Shown here: one piece after another, positions 44,849-55,970 of the stretch
Numbering within the stretch: the stretch's first letter is position 1
How the letters are laid out: every line of letters begins with the position of its first letter
Notes under the pieces: generated by a model
Databases searched by the model: none
What the model was told of the DNA's origin: nothing
The model's input: only the letters and a program-made list of their open reading frames with translations
Program-made: the position numbers and the translations under genes
Assembly (NCBI GenBank): GCA_022627495.1
Contig: JAKEGJ010000021.1
Coordinates: 14,612-78,611, forward strand
Reading direction: 5' to 3'
Origin: Candidatus Micrarchaeota archaeon
GTDB taxonomy: Archaea > Micrarchaeota > Micrarchaeia > Anstonellales > Bilamarchaeaceae
Length of the DNA: 64,000 nt

Positions 44849-44995
44849 ATCAGAGGCATCCCGATAGGAGATAAAAAAGTGAATAAAAACCAGAAAAACC
44901 ATACGAATTTAAAGCCTCCCGGACAATATAGTTTTAGGCAAAAATACTGACTTTTCTACGACGTAAACTCGCACCAAGGAACTAGTGGTAATTGT

Positions 44996-46885
44996 ATGGC
45001 TGATGACAGCGGTTACACAGCGAAGGAAATACAGGTCCTGACAGGCCTGGACGGGGTCCGGAAAAGGCCCGGCATGTACATCGGGGACACCTCCAAGAGG
45101 GGCCTGCACCACCTTGTCTACGAAATCGTGGACAACAGCATAGACGAAGCCCTGGCTGGGCACTGCAAGAACATTTGGATAACGCTCGGCAAGGACGGCT
45201 CCGCCACGATCAAAGACGACGGCAGGGGCATACCGACCGACATGCACCCATCCGGCAAATCCGGCCTGGAGCTGGTCGCAAGCTCGCTGCACGCCGGGGG
45301 CAAGTTCGACAAGAAGGCCTACAAGGTCTCGGGAGGCCTGCACGGCGTCGGCATGGGCGTTGTGAACGGCCTTTCAGAATGGATGAACATAGAGGTGCAC
45401 CGGGACGGCAAATGCCACACAATAGGCTACGCGCGGGGCAAACTGAGGGAGCCGTTCAGGGTGGGCAAGCACTCGAGCGAGCGGGGGACAACCGTGTCGT
45501 TCAAACCGGATTCGCAGATATTCCCCATCATCGATTTCGACTACGATTACCTGCGCGAGCGCATCATGGAGCTCGCGTTCCTGAACAAGGGCCTCCACAT
45601 AGCCGTCTCGGACGAGAGGAACGGCAAGAAGGAGGAATTCCGCTACGAGGGGGGCATCGTCGAGTTCGTCAAGCACATCAACGAAGCGAGAAACAAGCTC
45701 CACGAGCCGTATTACCTCAACAAGAAGACCGACCACGTGGATGTGGAAATCGCCCTCCAGTACACCGACACCTACAGCGAGAGCATATACAGCTTCGTGA
45801 ACGACATCAAGACAATCGAGGGGGGCACGCACGTCGTGGGCTTCCGGACCGCCCTTACGCGCGCCGTTAACGATTACACCAAGGGAGCCAAGCTTATCAA
45901 GGAGGAGCACAAGATAACCGGGGACGACGCGATTGAAGGCCTGACGGCAATAATCAGCGTGAAGGTGCCCGAGCCGCAGTTCGAGGGCCAGACCAAGACG
46001 AAGCTTGGCAACAGCGAGATACGCGGGGCAGTCGACAGCCTGTTCTACGACGCATTCAAGACTTATTGCGAGGAGCACCCGGCGATAGCAAAGACGATCG
46101 CCTCGAAAATCATCAATTCGATGGAGGCGCGCGAGGCGGCGCAGAAGGCCAAGGACCTGATACGCAGGAAGAACGTCTTCGACAGCAGCGTGCTGCCGGG
46201 CAAGCTGGCGGACTGCTCCGAGGAGGACCCCGCAAAATGCGAGATATATTTCGTCGAGGGCGATTCGGCCGGAGGGTCGTCAAAACAGGCGCGCGACCGG
46301 CGATACCAGGCCATCCTTCCGCTCCGGGGAAAAATCCTGAACGTGGAAAAGGCGCCGATACACAAAATCATCGACAGCGAGGCAATCAGGAACATCGTCC
46401 TGTCGCTTGGCGCGGGATTCAAGGAAGACTTCAACATGAGCAAGCTGCGCTACCACAAAATCATCATAATGACTGATGCAGACGTGGACGGCTCGCACAT
46501 CCGCACCCTCATCCTGACGCTATTCTACCGCTATTTCAAGGACCTAATAGACAGGGGATACCTGTATATCGCCCAGCCGCCCCTATACCGCGTCCAGAAG
46601 GGCAAGGAAGTGCAATACGCATATTCGGATGCGCAGTTAACCCAGACGCTGAAGGGCTTTGGCGGCGATGCGAACATTCAGCGCTACAAAGGCCTTGGCG
46701 AGATGAACGCGGACCAGCTTTGGGACACCACCATGAACCCGGAGACGAGGACGCTCAAGAAGGTGACTGTCGAGGACGCGCTGATTGCGGACGAGCTTTT
46801 CACACTGCTGATGGGCGACCTGGTCGAACCCAGGCGCGCATTCATCGAGCAGCACGGCGCGACCGTGAAGAACCTCGACATATAA
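44996..46885 (+). CDS. gyrB: DNA gyrase subunit B
   Basis: [17 protein letters not shown] ATPase, Toprim EGDSAGG and [10 protein letters not shown]. Confidence 0.95.
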   Translation: MADDSGYTAKEIQVLTGLDGVRKRPGMYIGDTSKRGLHHLVYEIVDNSIDEALAGHCKNIWITLGKDGSATIKDDGRGIPTDMHPSGKSGLELVASSLHAGGKFDKKAYKVSGGLHGVGMGVVNGLSEWMNIEVHRDGKCHTIGYARGKLREPFRVGKHSSERGTTVSFKPDSQIFPIIDFDYDYLRERIMELAFLNKGLHIAVSDERNGKKEEFRYEGGIVEFVKHINEARNKLHEPYYLNKKTDHVDVEIALQYTDTYSESIYSFVNDIKTIEGGTHVVGFRTALTRAVNDYTKGAKLIKEEHKITGDDAIEGLTAIISVKVPEPQFEGQTKTKLGNSEIRGAVDSLFYDAFKTYCEEHPAIAKTIASKIINSMEAREAAQKAKDLIRRKNVFDSSVLPGKLADCSEEDPAKCEIYFVEGDSAGGSSKQARDRRYQAILPLRGKILNVEKAPIHKIIDSEAIRNIVLSLGAGFKEDFNMSKLRYHKIIIMTDADVDGSHIRTLILTLFYRYFKDLIDRGYLYIAQPPLYRVQKGKEVQYAYSDAQLTQTLKGFGGDANIQRYKGLGEMNADQLWDTTMNPETRTLKKVTVEDALIADELFTLLMGDLVEPRRAFIEQHGATVKNLDI

Positions 46886-46895
46886 GGTGATACTC

Positions 46896-49361
46896 ATGAG
46901 CGAAACCATTACCCAGAGGACAATCGAGTCCGACATGAAGGAGAGCTACCTGGATTACGCGATGTCGGTCATTATTGGCCGCGCCATTCCGGATGCGCGG
47001 GACGGGCTCAAGCCGGTCCACCGCAGGATACTCTACACCATGCACGAACTGGGCAACGTCCATGGGAAGCCGTTCAAGAAGAGCGCGCGCGTGGTGGGCG
47101 ACTGCCTTGGTAAGTACCACCCGCACGGCGATTCCGCCGTATATGACGCCCTCATCCGCATGGCCCAGCCGTTCTCCCTGCGCTACATGCTAGTCGACGG
47201 GCAGGGAAACATCGGCTCGATTGACGGGGACAACCCGGCCGCCATGAGGTACACTGAAGTCCGCATGGCGAAGATGAGCGCGGAACTGCTGTCCGATATC
47301 GCCAAGGAGACCGTTTCGTTCACGGACAACTTCGACGGCACGCTCAAGGAGCCCACCGTGATGCCGTCACGGGTGCCGAACCTGCTGATTAACGGCTCAT
47401 CCGGCATCGCTGTCGGCATGGCCACCAACATACCGCCGCATAACCTGACCGAAATCGTGGATGCGACAATCGCCGCCATAGACGGCGCGGGGGAGGAGGA
47501 GCTCCTGAAAATAGTGAGCGGGCCGGACTTCCCCACGGGAGCCATCATCGTCGGGAGGGCGGGCATAATACAGGCCTACCGCACAGGGCGCGGCATTATC
47601 AAGGTCCGCTCAAGGATTGAAAAGGACCTCAAGAGGAACGCGCTCATCGTAAGCGAAATCCCGTTCCAGGTGACGAAGACAGCGGTCATCGAATCCATGG
47701 TCGAAGCGGTGAAGAACAAGAAAATCGAGGGCATCAGCGGCATCCACGACCGCTCGGACAAGGACGGCATGGAGATAGTCATCGACATCAAGAAAGGCCA
47801 CGACATGGACGTGGTACTGAACCAGCTCTACGCGCACACCCAGGCCCAGGGCACATTCGGAATCATCAACCTGGCAATCGTAGGCAAGCAGCCGAAGTAC
47901 CTCACGCTTGCCCAGAGCATCAGCGAATTCGTGGAGTTCCGCAAGGAGATAGTCCGGAAAAGGTGCGAATTCGAATTGAAGGAGGCCAAGGCCCGCGCGC
48001 ACATACTCGAAGGCCTCCGGATTGCGCTTACAAACATAGACGCGATTGTCGAGTTCCTGAGGAAATCCAAGGACATCGAGCAGGCGCGGGCAGGGCTCAT
48101 GAAGAATTACTCGCTCTCGGAGATACAGGCGAATGCGGTCCTGGACATGAAGATATCCAAGCTCGTCTCGCTTGAGCGCCAGAAGATAGAGAACGAATAT
48201 GCGGAATTGATGAAGACCATCGCCCGCCTCAACGAAGTGCTCTCGGATGTGGGCAAAATCCTCGCAATCATAAAGGCCGAGCTCCATGAGATGAAGGAGA
48301 AATACGGCGATGCGAGGCGCACGGAAATCGTCGAAGACGAGGGCGACGTCCAAATCGAGGACCTCATCCCCAATGACGACGTGGTCGTCGTCATAAGCAA
48401 CCGCGGCTACGTCAAGAGGGTGGGGCTGGACGAGTACCATTCCCAGCACCGCGGGGGGAAGGGCGTGATTGGCACGGAGACCAAGGAGGAGGACTTCGTG
48501 CAGGACGTCATCGTTACCAAGAACCACAACTACCTCCTGCTTTTCACCGACAAGGGCAGGGCGTTCTGGCTGAAAGTCTGGCGCACGCCCGAAGGCAGCC
48601 GCTATTCCACGGGCAAGACCTTGGTCAGCCTGCTTGACTTGAAGGACGAGAAGGTCACTTCATGGATTTCTGTCGAGAAATTCGATTCCGGCGAATTCCT
48701 CTGCATGGTGACCCGGAACGGCATCATCAAGAGGACCGCGCTCGAGAATTTCTCGAACGTCCGCAAGGTCGGCATCATCGCCATAACGCTGAAGGAAGGG
48801 GACCGGCTGGTCGAAGTGATAAAGACCGACGGGAAGCAGGACTTGGTGATAGCCACCAAGAAGGGCCAGGCCATCCGCTTCAAGGAGGAGGAGGCGCGCG
48901 AGCTCGGGCGCACCGGCCAGGGCGTAATCGGCATCCGCTTCAAGGAAGGCGAGGATTCGGTCGTCGGCATATCAAAATGCTTCAAGCCCAGCATCCTGAC
49001 AATCACCGAGAACGGGTTCGGCAAGAGGACGCATATAGACGAGTACCGCGTCCAGGGCCGCGGGGGTTCCGGCGTAATCAACATCAAGACCGAGGGCCGC
49101 AACGGCAACGTGGTGGGCATCCGGGCCGTGGACGACGATGACGAGGTCATCGTCATGAGCTCGAAAGGCCAGGCCATCCGGGCCTACATCAGCGGCATAT
49201 CGGTAATCGGCAGGAACACCCAGGGCGTGACGATAATACGCCTCTCCGAAGGAGAGAAGGTCGCCAGTTTCGCGGTTGTCCCGAAAACGAACGGCGGCGA
49301 GGCCGCGCCCGGCAAGGAACTGGCTGGGCACATGCCCGAAAGCGAAGGGAGAATGGATTAG
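46896..49361 (+). CDS. gyrA: DNA gyrase subunit A
   Basis: [17 protein letters not shown] and AAMRYTE (catalytic Tyr), plus C-terminal beta-pinwheel repeats. ATG at 46896 is preceded by AAGGTGATACTC. The track's GTG at 46887 lies within that SD. Confidence 0.95.
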   Translation: MSETITQRTIESDMKESYLDYAMSVIIGRAIPDARDGLKPVHRRILYTMHELGNVHGKPFKKSARVVGDCLGKYHPHGDSAVYDALIRMAQPFSLRYMLVDGQGNIGSIDGDNPAAMRYTEVRMAKMSAELLSDIAKETVSFTDNFDGTLKEPTVMPSRVPNLLINGSSGIAVGMATNIPPHNLTEIVDATIAAIDGAGEEELLKIVSGPDFPTGAIIVGRAGIIQAYRTGRGIIKVRSRIEKDLKRNALIVSEIPFQVTKTAVIESMVEAVKNKKIEGISGIHDRSDKDGMEIVIDIKKGHDMDVVLNQLYAHTQAQGTFGIINLAIVGKQPKYLTLAQSISEFVEFRKEIVRKRCEFELKEAKARAHILEGLRIALTNIDAIVEFLRKSKDIEQARAGLMKNYSLSEIQANAVLDMKISKLVSLERQKIENEYAELMKTIARLNEVLSDVGKILAIIKAELHEMKEKYGDARRTEIVEDEGDVQIEDLIPNDDVVVVISNRGYVKRVGLDEYHSQHRGGKGVIGTETKEEDFVQDVIVTKNHNYLLLFTDKGRAFWLKVWRTPEGSRYSTGKTLVSLLDLKDEKVTSWISVEKFDSGEFLCMVTRNGIIKRTALENFSNVRKVGIIAITLKEGDRLVEVIKTDGKQDLVIATKKGQAIRFKEEEARELGRTGQGVIGIRFKEGEDSVVGISKCFKPSILTITENGFGKRTHIDEYRVQGRGGSGVINIKTEGRNGNVVGIRAVDDDDEVIVMSSKGQAIRAYISGISVIGRNTQGVTIIRLSEGEKVASFAVVPKTNGGEAAPGKELAGHMPESEGRMD

Positions 49362-49438
49362 CCGGGACCGGCAAGACCTCCGAGAATCCAGCTTAGCCGA
49401 GGTTTGTTTGATGGCAGGGTTGGCCCAGATTGCAGGCG

Positions 49439-50326
49439 TCAGAAGGTCATCGCCTTTGCCAATCGCTGGAGAAATCCTTCTTCCTGCGTTTTCTTCCCGT
49501 CATCCGGCCGTTCGATATCTGGTTCCGGGTTGCGGGTTTCGGACGTTTCTCCTCCGACCTCGTGCGGGGGTTTCCGGTAACTGCCGGTGCCCTCGACGAA
49601 CTGCGGCGTACTTTTCTGCAGCACGACAACCCCGAATGCCATAGACGGCGGCTGGGCGAGGTTGACAATCTGCCTGTTGTTGCCGACACAAACGTTGTAG
49701 CCTCGGGCAATTGGACCCACCCGTGCACTTATTCTCGCATTATATGATGCCTCGACAGTAGGGCTTATAGCCCGGCCGATTGGGATAAGGTAGCGGGGGT
49801 CAGTAGGGTACCAGCCCTCTTTTGCGGCAAAGTTTTTTATTAAACCGACCCTGGCTGCAAGGACTATCCGGTCGTTTCCATCCACCAACACCTTGTAGTT
49901 GGGGTGCTCTGACACAAGCAGGGCGTTTTTCCTGTCCAGGTGCTCGTCTGGCACTGGAAAAAGCCATCGGATATTTGTTTGCGGATCAGTGTAAATAATG
50001 GAATATCCACTTCCCAGTGTAGAGGTTTTTTCAGCGGCTTTCTTGAACCGTTTGCCAGGTTCGGTATATGCGGCCATCGTTCCGGACCAGCATGGGAATG
50101 CGTCTTGTATATTTTTCCACGCTTCGTTTCCTGAATAGGCTGTGCCCCACTCTCCGTGACTTGCAAGGGGGATGTACAGCCGCATGTTGGATGCGATGAT
50201 GTGGTTCTCAACCTGTGCCCTAGCAAGCGCTTCCTCGAAGGGAACGCCTTCAATAAATTTTATGAAAACCTTGATATCGGGGAGCTTCTGGACCTTTTTA
50301 GGCTGCAAACGCGTGCAAAGTGCCAT
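49439..50326 (-). CDS. Hypothetical protein (orphan)
   Basis: ~295 aa with protein-like composition. Its 5' half and upstream region are lower in GC than the surroundings. Charged, disordered-looking C-terminus. No recognisable motif. Confidence 0.55.
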   Translation of the reverse strand: MALCTRLQPKKVQKLPDIKVFIKFIEGVPFEEALARAQVENHIIASNMRLYIPLASHGEWGTAYSGNEAWKNIQDAFPCWSGTMAAYTEPGKRFKKAAEKTSTLGSGYSIIYTDPQTNIRWLFPVPDEHLDRKNALLVSEHPNYKVLVDGNDRIVLAARVGLIKNFAAKEGWYPTDPRYLIPIGRAISPTVEASYNARISARVGPIARGYNVCVGNNRQIVNLAQPPSMAFGVVVLQKSTPQFVEGTGSYRKPPHEVGGETSETRNPEPDIERPDDGKKTQEEGFLQRLAKAMTF

Positions 50327-50412
50327 ATCCAAGGATTAAGCGTCAAAGTATTTAAAATACCATATTTTATCACAAAATAAAGGTTATTAGTCGCCACAGG
50401 GATAGATATAGG

Positions 50413-51006
50413 ATGGAAACATCCACCCTGGGCATCCTCGCCGGCATCATCGGTTTTTTGGCGTTCGTGCCTTACATACTCGATACCCTGAACCACAAGA
50501 CGAAACCCAACAAGGCGACATGGCTGATTTGGGCTGTGCTCGGCGTGATTATCGCAGCCAGCTACTATTCGGCCGGGGCAAGGGACACCGCATGGACGCC
50601 GATAGGATATGCAATCGGGATTCTGGCTGTGGCCGCGCTTTCCTTCAAATACGGGGAGGACGGGTGGACGGCGCTCGATAAGGCGTGCTTAATAGGGGCC
50701 GGGGCTGGCCTTGCGCTCTGGGCAGTCACGAGCGAACCGGTTTTCGCATATTTCCTCACCACCATCATAGATGCCATCGGTGGCTTGCCCACCATAAAGA
50801 AGGCGTATCACCGCCCGGAAACCGAAAGCAGGGCCGCCTGGGGAATGTTCCTTATCGCGAACACGCTGAACCTGATAGCAATAGGCGAATGGACGCTGAC
50901 TATCGCATTATATCCGGCATATGTGTTCATCCTGAGCCTTATCATGAACGCCCTCATATACCAGCCAAAGGGACGCGCCCGCAGCCGCCCCAAAAAGCAG
51001 GAATAA
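50413..51006 (+). CDS. Seven-TM-like membrane protein (possible PQ-loop/SWEET-like repeats; tentative)
   Basis: 197 aa. It has two similar loop motifs after TM1 and TM5 (FVPYILDTLNHKTKP; LPTIKKAYHRPETES). The C-terminus is basic. Confidence 0.55.
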   Translation: METSTLGILAGIIGFLAFVPYILDTLNHKTKPNKATWLIWAVLGVIIAASYYSAGARDTAWTPIGYAIGILAVAALSFKYGEDGWTALDKACLIGAGAGLALWAVTSEPVFAYFLTTIIDAIGGLPTIKKAYHRPETESRAAWGMFLIANTLNLIAIGEWTLTIALYPAYVFILSLIMNALIYQPKGRARSRPKKQE

Positions 51007-51030
51007 ATAGGCGGATTGGGGGAATATGGC

Positions 51031-51663
51031 ATGTTCCGGGACCGATATGATGCCGGGCGCAGGCTTGCGGCGGCGCTGGCCGGATATAAGGGCGGGAAAG
51101 ACACGCTAATCCTCGCAATCCCGCGCGGCGCGCTCCAGATAGGCGAGGTGCTATACCGCGAGCTGGGCCTGCCGCTGGACATAATCGTCACGAAGAAGAT
51201 TCCGCACCCCATGAGCGTGGAATACGCGATCGGCGCGGTGGGGCCGGACGGCGAGTATTTCGTGAACGCGGGCGCGGCTGCCGAAATTGGGCAGGAGTAT
51301 GTGGAAATCCAGCGTAAAAAGCTCGCCGCGGCTGTGGAGGAAAGGTATGCCCGCTACCGGGGCGCAAGAGCCAAGCCCCTGCTGAAGGGGAAAACCGTGA
51401 TACTTGTTGACGATGGCATCGCCACCGGAAGCACCGTGCTTGCGGCCATCCACATAATCCGGAAGCATAAGCCGAAGAAAATCGTCGTCGCCGTGCCGGT
51501 CGGCCCGCCTGATTCCGTGGCTATGATTGCCGCGGAGGCGGATGAAATGGTATGCCTTGAGCAGCCGTCACTTTTCCATGCCATAGGCGCATTCTACGAG
51601 GATTTCGCGCAGGTGGAAGACGAGGAGGCGATAGCCATCCTCAAACGATGCCGGACGCGATGA
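51031..51663 (+). CDS. Phosphoribosyltransferase-domain protein
   Basis: MFRDRYDAGRRLA N-terminus and PRPP motif VILVDDGIATGST. ATG at 51031 (the track's TTG is at 51016). Confidence 0.8.
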   Translation: MFRDRYDAGRRLAAALAGYKGGKDTLILAIPRGALQIGEVLYRELGLPLDIIVTKKIPHPMSVEYAIGAVGPDGEYFVNAGAAAEIGQEYVEIQRKKLAAAVEERYARYRGARAKPLLKGKTVILVDDGIATGSTVLAAIHIIRKHKPKKIVVAVPVGPPDSVAMIAAEADEMVCLEQPSLFHAIGAFYEDFAQVEDEEAIAILKRCRTR

Positions 51664-52150
51664 TTTCCCGGGCCCGCCGAAGGAGGAAATCCATGCAGTC
51701 CGCCTTCCTGCCGGGCGCTGCGTTCCATTCCTTCACGATTCGCTTATGCGCCTCGAGCTCGCGCTTCATCATGTCAGCCTTGATATCGGCCCCCCGGATG
51801 CGGAAAATAAGCTGGGAGGGAAGGGGGCAGAAACGCGCATTCATTTTTCCGTCGAGCTGGAAGGGGTAGCGCCGGCACGAAAGCGGGGCGGATGCGTGGA
51901 TTGTGCAGCGGTTCTTATCCAGAAAGGCGCACGGGTGCGACTTGAAGCCCAGCAGGTACGTCCATGAGTCATCCTCCATGTCGAGCGTCGTGTCCGGGTC
52001 GAAAGCGAGGAGGCGCGCCTGGTGGAGCATGGCAAACCCGTCAGCCGGCCGCCCGGCCCGCTCCATGGCGCGAAGGATATCGAACGCTGTCGCTGTAATC
52101 ATGTAGCTCTTGCAGCAGTTGGCGTCGCAGAACCTGCAGGGATTGGCCAC
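51641..52150 (-). CDS. YkgJ-family Zn/Fe cysteine-cluster protein (CxxCxxCC)
   Basis: The N-terminus CRFCDANCC and the later HPCAFLDKNRCTIH are typical of UPF0153/YkgJ. GTG start. The 3' end overlaps the convergent PRT gene by 23 nt. Confidence 0.7.
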   Translation of the reverse strand: MANPCRFCDANCCKSYMITATAFDILRAMERAGRPADGFAMLHQARLLAFDPDTTLDMEDDSWTYLLGFKSHPCAFLDKNRCTIHASAPLSCRRYPFQLDGKMNARFCPLPSQLIFRIRGADIKADMMKRELEAHKRIVKEWNAAPGRKADCMDFLLRRAREIIASGIV

Positions 52151-52189
52151 GAAATGTCCTTTTGCCGCGAAAGGGATAAAACGCTGCGG

Positions 52190-52573
52190 TCAGGCGGTCC
52201 TTTTCAAATCGTCTGTCAGCGGCTTGATTTTCCGGATGCCGAGCTTCTCTTCGCGCAGGTTGGACAGCGCATCGCTAAGCTCCTCGAAAAGCGGCTCCTT
52301 CCTCTTTCCTTTCAGAAGGGCGCGCACCGCATCGCGCAGTTCGGCTTCATCCATCATCGGCCTGCCATCCCTGGTCCTCTTGTCATTTATTATGCGCAGG
52401 ATGTCCGCGACCAGCTTCTTCGAGCCCCCCCAGGGGACGCCGCTGTCTATCCAGGCTCCCCGGGCCAGGTGGATGAGTGTCAGCTTCTCGCCGGAACTCA
52501 GGCTGTTGCCTGCCATCCGGAGAAGCATGGCGCCCGATATCCGGTCGAAATCCTTCGGCCTGTGAGTAGTCAT
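52190..52573 (-). CDS. Hypothetical protein coupled to the glycosyltransferase gene
   Basis: 127 aa. Its ATG overlaps the upstream stop (ATGA at 52570-52573). No recognisable motif. Confidence 0.5.
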   Translation of the reverse strand: MTTHRPKDFDRISGAMLLRMAGNSLSSGEKLTLIHLARGAWIDSGVPWGGSKKLVADILRIINDKRTRDGRPMMDEAELRDAVRALLKGKRKEPLFEELSDALSNLREEKLGIRKIKPLTDDLKRTA

Positions 52574-54042
52574 CTATCCATCCCCCCGCATATTGCTTTC
52601 TCGAACTGCTCGAACATCGACCGGTCGGTATAGGACTCGAAATACTGCTCAAGGCCTGCGCGGTCGTATTGGCCCGGTTTCGTTGAACCACAAATAGCCA
52701 TAATCAGCTTTTTTACGAACGTGTTTTTATCGCTTTCGATGGGCACGAGGGTGCCGAATCGCGCGTCCGTGATGATTTCCGGGATGCCGCCCACGGGTGT
52801 GGATACGACGTAAGTTCCGCTGAAGACGGCCTCCAGGATGGCAAGCCCGAACGCCTCGCTGCGCGAGGGGTGGAGGTAGACGTCGGAAATCGTCTGGACC
52901 GGCACGTTCGTCGTGCCGCCGTACATCTGGGCAAAAAGCGGGTCTTCCATGGCGCCCTGCAGCCCGTGTCGGAGCGCGAAATCGAAAAGCATCATCTCCA
53001 CATTCTCCCTAAACCTCGGGTCGCCGCGCGTGTATTTCGATATGTCGATGACGACTTTCAGGCGGTCTTCCCGTATCAGCCGCTGCATGCGGAGCAGTCC
53101 CTTGAAGGGCTTTGATGCCTGCTCCACGTTAAGAAGGTGCGAGGTGGCAATCACGAACCCGGTATCCGACTCGGACGGGTCCGTGCTGTTTTCATAATGC
53201 TCAAGTACCTTGACCAGGTAGTCGCTCCCCTTGAGCCTGTCCATCCTTCCGGCGAACGAGACGATTTTCCCAAGTCCTTCTGCAAAGCCGAGGTCTTTCC
53301 GGGCTTCCGAGACCTCGCGCTCATCCTTGATGACGTAGATGTGGGGGTCGATGCCGTTCCTTACGACGAAGGCCCTGGCGGGGTCGAGCCCCAGCTCCAT
53401 CCCGCCGTCTTGGACGCGGATTTTCACGAAATTGTCGCGGACGGCCTGGCTCACGCCGATTATGCTGTCAGCGGCCCGGACCATCGCCGCATGAAAGAGT
53501 GCGAACGCCTCGGTTTCAGGCCTGTGATAATGGCTATCGGGATTGGTGTGGAGGTAAAAGTGCACGGAGGCATGACTCATCAGGCCGCTGGCATCGAGGG
53601 CTTTCCGGAGGGCGTAGGCGTATTCCGTGTCCGTGCTCACCGGAAAGTGGAAAACAAGCGCGCTGTGGTATCCGCTGTCGGCAAGCCCGCGGACGAGTCC
53701 TGTGACGTTCTCCAGGGCGTCTATCCGGTATCCAATCCGCACGCCAGTATTGAACCTGGCCTTGGCCAGGGCCTCCGCCTTGGCCCCCAGGAGCGGCTCG
53801 GAAAGGGGGTCGTTTATCTCGCGGAGAAGGACGAAGTTGCGGCGCTCACCTTCCGCATATCTCGTGGCCGCGGTGAGGTTGCCCATCACGAAGGTCTGGC
53901 CGAAGAATATGGGGTTGATGGGAAACGGGAAGCGGCTCCCGAAGTGGAGGTATGCCATCTTCTGGGGCATCCGGACTTGGGGCGTGCTGGCGCTTTGCAT
54001 GGTGAATGTATTACGCATCGAAGGTTTATATATCTTACACAT
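52570..54042 (-). CDS. GT-B fold glycosyltransferase (GT4-like)
   Basis: The C-terminal SRSEAFGLAILEAVFSGTYVVSTPVGGIPEII matches the E..FG....EA...G.PVV.T..GG..E signature. The start is uncertain (ATG at 54042, or at 54000). Confidence 0.75.
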   Translation of the reverse strand: MCKIYKPSMRNTFTMQSASTPQVRMPQKMAYLHFGSRFPFPINPIFFGQTFVMGNLTAATRYAEGERRNFVLLREINDPLSEPLLGAKAEALAKARFNTGVRIGYRIDALENVTGLVRGLADSGYHSALVFHFPVSTDTEYAYALRKALDASGLMSHASVHFYLHTNPDSHYHRPETEAFALFHAAMVRAADSIIGVSQAVRDNFVKIRVQDGGMELGLDPARAFVVRNGIDPHIYVIKDEREVSEARKDLGFAEGLGKIVSFAGRMDRLKGSDYLVKVLEHYENSTDPSESDTGFVIATSHLLNVEQASKPFKGLLRMQRLIREDRLKVVIDISKYTRGDPRFRENVEMMLFDFALRHGLQGAMEDPLFAQMYGGTTNVPVQTISDVYLHPSRSEAFGLAILEAVFSGTYVVSTPVGGIPEIITDARFGTLVPIESDKNTFVKKLIMAICGSTKPGQYDRAGLEQYFESYTDRSMFEQFEKAICGGMDR

Positions 54043-54170
54043 TTATACATAATTAGCGAAATATACGGATTTGCTGTGGAAAATCCTTTATTTATAAAAA
54101 AAACAGAAAAAATTCACAGCACGCAGGCTGCAGGGGGATGCGAAGATGTAAAAGATGTGGGCGTTCGCGC

Positions 54171-55970
54171 TCAGATGAAGTCCTTGCCCTGCTCCTTTTT
54201 CCCTTCCTTGATGACTTCCGCGACTTCCTGCGGGTCGACCTGGAGGCGGTATTTCTGCATGATGGCCCGCATATCGAAGTCGTTCTGCATAGCTATGGCC
54301 TCCAGTTCCGGCCCGCTGATTTTCTGTAGCCGGTAAACCTTGAGGACCGCATCCACGCGGGCCCCTTTGGCCATCCCTTTCAGCACTTCGGGAATGGCGG
54401 CCTTCACGAATGAGCCCCTCCTGAATTCGGAAAAGAGCTCGGTAAGCGTCTTCTCGATATCGCTGAACTCGACGCCCTCCCTCCGGAGCGATACCAGGGT
54501 GTCCTCGAGGGTCGTGGCCGCGAGCATGGGGTCGGCGCCGGCCGATACCAGCCTTTCGAAACAATGGAGGTGCCTGGATTTCAGCACCCTCCCAGCCATC
54601 TCCTTGTTCAGCATCTTTTCAAGCCTGGCCTTCTTTTCCGCAAGCGGCTCGGCGCGCTCTATCGATGCGAGCAGAGCCTGCGTCAGCGGAATCGGCGGCA
54701 CGTCTGTTTCGGGATAAAGCCGCGCCCGGCCCGGAAGCGGCCTCATGAACGAGGAGGTGCCGTCGGGGTTCGCCCTGCGCGTCTCGCCGGGGATGAAATC
54801 CATATTAGCCCTCTGGAGGACGAATTCCATCGCTGATTTCGCCTGGCCAATGGGCGCCACGACAAGCACGAACGCGTCGTCATCATCCGCTCCCAGCGCG
54901 CCTCGCACGGCCGCCTCCTCGGCTTCCGTGATGCCGTACTTGCTTAAATCCTCGTCGCTGTGGATGATTCCCTTGACTCCGGCCTTCTTGGCGTAGTCGC
55001 TGAGCTCCGTCCCATAGCGCTTGCCCGGCTGGATTTCCATGCCAAGAAGCCCCTCATGCTCCGGGAGCCTCTGGCCGATGACCGCGCAGCCCGCCTTTAT
55101 TCCGCCGGCGATTATGGCGGCCTTGCTCATGCGCAGGAGGTCGCTCAATTCGACCATGTGCGTTTTGACCGGGAGCGCCTTGCGCTCGCGGATTTCCAGC
55201 AGGAGCTTCAGGAGGAGCGTCTGGCGGTTCACCTCGTTTTCCACGTATGCCGGGAGCATCTTCAAATCCTGCGCACCCTTCAGCTCCACGCGCGAGCCGC
55301 CTTCGGTCGATATGTTCACGTCCTGGCGGATGGTCCCGAGGCCCCGGGCAACCTTGCCGCTCGTGCGCAGCATCATGCCGATTTTCTCCGCGACCTCGCT
55401 AAGGTGGGCCCCGTCCCTGATGTCCGGGTCTGTGGATATCTCTATCAGGGGGATGCCGAGCCGGTCAAGGCGGTAAGTCGCCTTCCCCTCAGTCGCGGAC
55501 ACTATCCCCGCACTCTCCTCCTCGATGGCTATCAGCGGAATCCTTATCGTGCCCTGGGAGCTGTCGATATGGCCGTTCATGGCCACTATCGCGGTCCGCT
55601 GGAAGCCGGAGGTGTTGCTGCCGTCGATGACCATCTTCCTCATGATATGGACCTCGCTAACCGGCGTCGCGTTCAGCTGCATGGCGACCTGGAGGGCTAT
55701 CCGCAGGGCCTCGGGATTAAGCAGCGCAGGAGGCTCCTCGTCCGCCTCGACAAGGCAGTTGTTGGAATACGCATGGTATTCGAAAGCGCGGTCTTTCGCG
55801 AATTCGGCCTGGGACGCCTCGTCCGCCTCGCCCATCTCGCTCAGGACCGGGTGCAGCCTGCGCATGATGGCGCACCTTGGCTTCTCGTCCTCGCCAGCCA
55901 GAGCGGAGGGGCAGTTGCAGAAAAGCTTCGCGGTGTCAAGCCTCTGGTGGATTTCAATTCCGATTTTCAT
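54171..55970 (-). CDS. gatE: Glutamyl-tRNA(Gln) amidotransferase subunit E
   Basis: MKIGIEIHQRLDTAKLFCNCPS and full-length GatE architecture (599 aa). SD AAGGTGATACTCC lies directly upstream. T8/T6 runs follow the stop (54096-54112). Confidence 0.95.
   Translation of the reverse strand: MKIGIEIHQRLDTAKLFCNCPSALAGEDEKPRCAIMRRLHPVLSEMGEADEASQAEFAKDRAFEYHAYSNNCLVEADEEPPALLNPEALRIALQVAMQLNATPVSEVHIMRKMVIDGSNTSGFQRTAIVAMNGHIDSSQGTIRIPLIAIEEESAGIVSATEGKATYRLDRLGIPLIEISTDPDIRDGAHLSEVAEKIGMMLRTSGKVARGLGTIRQDVNISTEGGSRVELKGAQDLKMLPAYVENEVNRQTLLLKLLLEIRERKALPVKTHMVELSDLLRMSKAAIIAGGIKAGCAVIGQRLPEHEGLLGMEIQPGKRYGTELSDYAKKAGVKGIIHSDEDLSKYGITEAEEAAVRGALGADDDDAFVLVVAPIGQAKSAMEFVLQRANMDFIPGETRRANPDGTSSFMRPLPGRARLYPETDVPPIPLTQALLASIERAEPLAEKKARLEKMLNKEMAGRVLKSRHLHCFERLVSAGADPMLAATTLEDTLVSLRREGVEFSDIEKTLTELFSEFRRGSFVKAAIPEVLKGMAKGARVDAVLKVYRLQKISGPELEAIAMQNDFDMRAIMQKYRLQVDPQEVAEVIKEGKKEQGKDFI

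Noticed and set aside
45175-48527. Alternative ORFs within gyrB/gyrA, such as 45175..45870(+), 45374..46078(-), 47610..48527(-) and 48662..49141(+)
   Set aside because: The gyrase frames are certain. These alternatives are compositionally biased (R/G/H/P or V/L/D-rich) shadows.
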